From: Octopus vulgaris
Lineage: Eukaryota
Assembly: GCA_951406725.2 (NCBI GenBank)
Contig: OX597830.1
Span: 21,266,001-21,330,000 of the forward strand
Length of the DNA stretch: 64,000 nucleotides
Reading direction: 5' to 3'
Below, piece after piece: positions 58,673 through 64,000 of this stretch. Both the position numbers and the translations under genes were made by a program. How positions within the stretch are numbered: the first letter of the stretch is position 1; every line of letters starts with the position of its first letter. Under the pieces are notes generated by a model. The model was not told the DNA's origin, made no database searches, and saw only the letters and a list, made by a program, of their open reading frames with translations.

Positions 58673-59042
58673 GTGGAGGCACAATGGCCCAATGGTTAGG
58701 GCAGCGGACTCGCGGTCGGAGGATCGTGGTTTCGATTCCCAGACCGGGCGTTGTGTGTGTTTATTGCGCGAAAACACCTAAAGCTCCACGAGGCTCCGGC
58801 AGGGGGTGGTGGCGACCTCTGCTGTACTCTTTCGCCCCAAATTTCTCTCACTCTTACTTCCTGTTTCTTGTCCCCGACTTCCTAGGCAACCGCTGAGCCT
58901 GGATGCGCATTCATCCATCCGTCGATGCTCTCGGTGTCGGGAGGTTGACCTGCTTTCTCTTCTGCAGGTCTTACGAATAGCAAAGGACCACGTTTCGGAC
59001 TTCTCCAATCTTACGAGCTCTGGGACGAAGACCCGTTCGCTC
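58673..59042 (+). mobile_element. SINE family C with a distinct 3' tail
   Basis: Head and body as at 17720; different tail; flanked by long direct repeats. Confidence 0.85.
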
Positions 59043-59642
59043 AACAGCAGCAACAACAGCAGCAACAGCAACAGCAGCTACAACAAGAATAAAAACAAGT
59101 TACAAGGATGACTACATCAACAACAACAACAGCAACAGAACAACTATCACTAACAGCTCCACCACCACCGCCGCTGCCACCGCCGCCGCCGCTACCGCCG
59201 ACACTGTCATTAGCTGTAAGAACAGTAGCAGCAGCAGCAACAACAACAACAGCAAAAATGACGAAATGACAACAAAAGTACCGCTTTTACCATCACCCCC
59301 ACATCCTTTCCCCCTCCCCACCCACACACACACACGCATCAAGCAGCAGCAGCAGCAGTAGCAACAACAACAGCAACAACAGCAACAACGACTACGACAA
59401 TAGGATGATGATAATAAGAAAAACAGGAGGAAAAAAAAATGTTTAAACACATGTCACGAGAATACACGAAATACAACAACAACGACACTGACAACAACAA
59501 CAATAAGAACCACAAGAACAACGACAAGTATGCTAAGAAATGGAAGGAAGGAAGGAGAGCGCAAAATGGAGGACGCACCTAAATTTCTTTGAAGTGGCTC
59601 TTCTGTTGACATCATTTCTGCATGTTTCTGCGCATATTTATA

Positions 59643-59750
<108 letters not shown>

Positions 59751-59752
59751 TA

Positions 59753-59832
<80 letters not shown>

Positions 59833-60170
59833 TATATATCATATGTATGTATGTACACACGTACGGACACACACGCACATGCACGCTTGCATACACGCAT
59901 ACACATTATTACATACGAAGATACATACATACATACATACATACATACATAGGCGTGTGAATGTGTGTTTGTGTGTGTGCGTGTGTATGTTCGTGTGTGT
60001 ACGTGTCTATATATACATATATTATATACATCTATATAGGCGTGTAAAAATAAATATATATATATGTGTGTTTATATATATATATATATATACACACATT
60101 TACATATATAAATATATACACATTTACATATATATACATATATGTATATGTATATATACTTATATAGATA

Positions 60171-60221
<51 letters not shown>

Positions 60222-60389
60222 GTGTATATATATGTATACATACATATATACACACACATACACATATATACACATAGGCTTTTAAAAATATATATTTGTA
60301 TCTCTCTTTCTCTCTATATATGCTTACAAGCTTACATATGCGCTACATACATACACGCTTGTATATATGTATGTATGTACGTATGTATG

Positions 60390-60423
<34 letters not shown>

Positions 60424-60794
60424 TGTATGTATGTATGTATGTATGTATGTATGTATGTATGTATGTATACATATATTTATATATATACGTATATACATAT
60501 ACAAATATATATGTGTGTGTGTTATTTATGTGTTACAAAACATTGCTATGAATATAAACACTGTTGTATACATAAGTGCTCAATAAAAGGAAGTAGAGAA
60601 TATATATATATATATATAAAATATGTACTTACATACAAGATTTTCCTTTGGGGCTGGCCAGGTCGGAGCAACCTCAAGATTAATCAGCCGAAATTGCGAG
60701 GATGATCCGGTTCTTGACTGAAGATTGAAGGCTTCGAATGTCCCGTCTGTGTTTTTTGTACCGTCTTCTAAATGTTTGCGTTCTTGTCCCAGTT

Positions 60795-60870
<76 letters not shown>

Positions 60871-61041
60871 TAATGAAATATGACGTAAGCAGCGAAATAA
60901 CTGCCGACAATCAACCAGGGACTACATACTGAAATAAATATTTTTTTAATGAATTAAATGCGTATTAAAGCAAATTTCTCTCTGCAAGGCGCAAATGAAT
61001 TTCTGGTAGATGTATATATATATATATATATATATTTATTT

Positions 61042-61172
61042 ATTTATTATATAGAAGGAGCTTCTACAGGACTAGAACTGTTTCATTCAAGAGAAATCTT
61101 CAGGAGCTTCCTGAAGATTTCTCTTGAATGAAACAGTTCTAGTCCTGTAGAAGCTCCTTCTATATAATAAAT
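61042..61172. repeat. perfect 64-bp-arm palindrome containing a hammerhead-like core on each strand
   Basis: Arms 61042-61105 and 61109-61172 with a 3-nt loop; CTGAAGA t ttc-tctt-gaa t GAAA cagttctag TC at 61111-61144. Confidence 0.9.
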
Positions 61173-61238
61173 TAATTTTACTCTGCTATGTATTGAGTAC
61201 CTTATTTACTGTGGTTAACCCCGAATCAACCCGGGACC

Positions 61239-61295
<57 letters not shown>

Positions 61296-61515
61296 GTAAC
61301 TAAATACACAAGTGTTACTTTTGTCAGGAGACAACAGAAAAACGCGCTGTGTGGAATATTCTTGTTTATGTCACCTCGAAGCAAACGTAAACTGCCCAGG
61401 TTTCCGCTATTTGCGAAGCCGTCCATGTTATTCATTATTTGAGTCCATTTACGAGGGGTGTATGAACAGTTTTGAGCCTTGAAGTCCTGTACCTTCATCA
61501 GAAGTCTTTGTACCA

Positions 61516-61920
61516 TACTCTTCCTCTTTCACTCTTTTACTTGTTTCAGTCATTTGACTGTGGCACCGCCTTTATTCGAGCGAATCAACCCCATGACTTA
61601 TTCTTTGTAAGCCTAGTACTTATTCTATCAGTCTCTTTTGCCGAACCGCTAAGCTACGGGGACGTAACTACACCAGCATCGGCTGTCAAGCGATGTTGGG
61701 AGGACAAACACAGACACACAAACACATACCCACACATACATATATATATATATACATATATAGAACGGGCTTCTTTCAGTTTCCGTCTACCCAATCCACT
61801 CACAAAGGCTTTGGTTGGCCCTAGGCTATAGTAGAAGGCACTTGCCCAAGGTGCCATGCAGTGGGATTGAACCCGGGACCATGTGGTTGGTAAGCAAACT
61901 ACTTACCACACAGCCACTCC
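61516..61920 (-). mobile_element. SINE family A
   Basis: Reverse complement of the family consensus. Confidence 0.88.
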
Positions 61921-62087
61921 ATGGTTTAGATGAACAGAAAATAAAAGAGAGACAGGTGAGGGAACAAGAAACGTGTATTAGTTTGATGCTCTTTCGAAGG
62001 AATTAGGGAAGAGAGAGAGAGAGAGAGAGACATGATCAGAGCTAGAAACGCGTTGACTCATAGCTCAATTAGAAACTTGCTTGGGGT

Positions 62088-62133
<46 letters not shown>

Positions 62134-62602
62134 AAATAATAAAAGTAGTATAGTAGTTTCAAAGTTTAGCACAAGGTTAGCATTCTTTAAGGAAGCCGAG
62201 TGGAGAAGCCGATTAGGTCGATTCTAGGAAAGTTTGCCGCAAACATTTTGCCGCAGGAAAATTCACTTCATGACTTTTAGTCGTAGGAAAGATTCGTCGC
62301 ATAGGAAATTTTGCCACAATTGCTCCCCTTGGTATATAATTGTTTTAACCAATAAGAAGGCGTAAAACAATTTAACTCATTTAAACTTTCCGCAAACATT
62401 TTTGCTACACAAAAAATATTATCGCATAAATAAAGAAAATTTAAATGGTTGAAACAATTATATAACAAAGGTAGTAATTCATCTTACATCTTGCGGCAAA
62501 ATTCCCTATGCCAGCGATTGTCTGGCACTGAGGACGAGAAATAACCCCGAAACCATTTTGAGGCGTATTTTCCTGTGTCGCTAAAGATTCTGCCAAATCG
62601 CT

Positions 62603-63673
62603 GCCTTCAGAACATACATAACATTGTGTCATGTGATCAGCATAACGATATCGCAAATGACACAAGAACACAACACAGCAGAAAGTTAAAGATTGAAGAC
62701 AAAAAGTGTTGTTTGTTCCTTCTCGAGCCATGCCTGGCTCATAGGGCCGGTTTCCCGGTTGCCTTGGCGTATAGGTTCCCCACCTGGACGGGACGCCGGT
62801 CAGTCGCAGGTGAGCTGCAAGATGCAGGAGGAGAGAGTGAGAGAAAGTTGTGGCGAAAGAGTCAGCAGAAGTTCACCATTACCTTCATCCAGAGCCGCGT
62901 GGAGCTTAGGTGTTTCGCTCATAAACACACACATCGCCCGGTCTGAGATACGAACCCGCGATCCCTCGACCGCAAGTCTGCTGCTCTAACCACTAGGCGA
63001 TGTGCCTCCATGAAGACAAAAATTACTCCTACATTACTCTAAGTAAGTTTTGTCTTCAATCTTTAACCTTCTGCTGTGTTGTGTCTGTTTGTCAAAATTA
63101 GTTATGCATTACTATAAGGTGAAGGCGCATGGTTCAGTGGTTTAGAGCGCTGGATTCATAATCATGAGATAGTGAGTTCGATTTCCTGACTGGCCTGTGT
63201 GTTGTGTTCTTGAGCAAGACATTTTATTTCACTTCGCTCCAACTGGGGCGTCGATGTAATCAACTAGCTCCTTCACCCAAAATTCCAGTTCTTGTGCCTA
63301 TAGTTACTTAACTGGTATTTATTTCATCCACGCCTAAAGGATGAAAAAACAAAGTCAACCCCAGCGGAATTTGAACTCAGAAACTGAAGTCAGACGAAAT
63401 ACCTATTTCTTTACTACCCACAAGGGGCTAAACACAGAGAGGACAAACAAGGACAGACAAACGGATTAAGTCGATTATATCGACATCAGTGTGTAACTGA
63501 TACTTATTTAATCGACCCCGAAAGGATGAAAGGCAAAGTCGACCTCGGCGGAATTTGAACTCAGAACGTAACAGCAGACGAAATACCGCTAAGCATTTTG
63601 CCCAGCGTGCAAACGATTCTGCCAGCTTGCCACCTTAATAATAATAATGATTGTAACAATAATAATAATAATG

Positions 63674-63747
<74 letters not shown>

Positions 63748-63814
63748 CCTTTCTACTGGAGGCACAATGCCTGAAATTTTAGAGGAGGGGCCTAGTCGAT
63801 TACATCGACCCCAG
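62603..63814 (+). repeat. local segmental duplication of 56041-57433
   Basis: Shared unique flanks and the same order of SINE C, SINE C head and SINE B fragments. Confidence 0.85.
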
Positions 63815-64000
63815 TCGGACCGGGCTGTGTGTTGTGTTCTTGAGCAAGACACTTGATTTCACGTTGCTCCAATCCACTCAGGTGTAAAAATGAGTTGTGA
63901 CGTCACTGGTGGCTTTTCCTTTGGGCAACATCGGTGGCGTGGAGAGGGAAGGCTGGTATGCATGGGCGACTGCTGGTCCTCCATAAAACAACCTTACCCT

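Overview
This is AT-rich, microsatellite-saturated, non-coding animal DNA. The SINE complement (tRNA-headed CORE-like and Meta-domain SINEs, with (TA)n/(CA)n/(TATG)n tracts) looks like an octopus or other coleoid cephalopod genome; this is inferred by pattern recognition, not by a search. I found no host protein-coding exon that I can support, and nearly all listed ORFs are microsatellite translations. The window holds dozens of SINE copies in three main families, decayed mariner/Tc1/maT transposases, two Helitron-type elements, a Mutator-type foldback element with a 9-bp TSD, RLE and RT fragments of non-LTR retrotransposons, and two Penelope-type GIY-YIG endonuclease fragments. The most notable signal is more than 15 hammerhead-ribozyme motifs (CUGANGA...GAAA-palindrome-UH), several with intact cores (7372, 42255, 46895, 50874). 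Most lie in short non-coding elements between (TA)n tracts that carry inverted or direct terminal repeats, consistent with a diverse set of Penelope-derived or retrozyme-like elements. All folds were read by eye and none has been tested.
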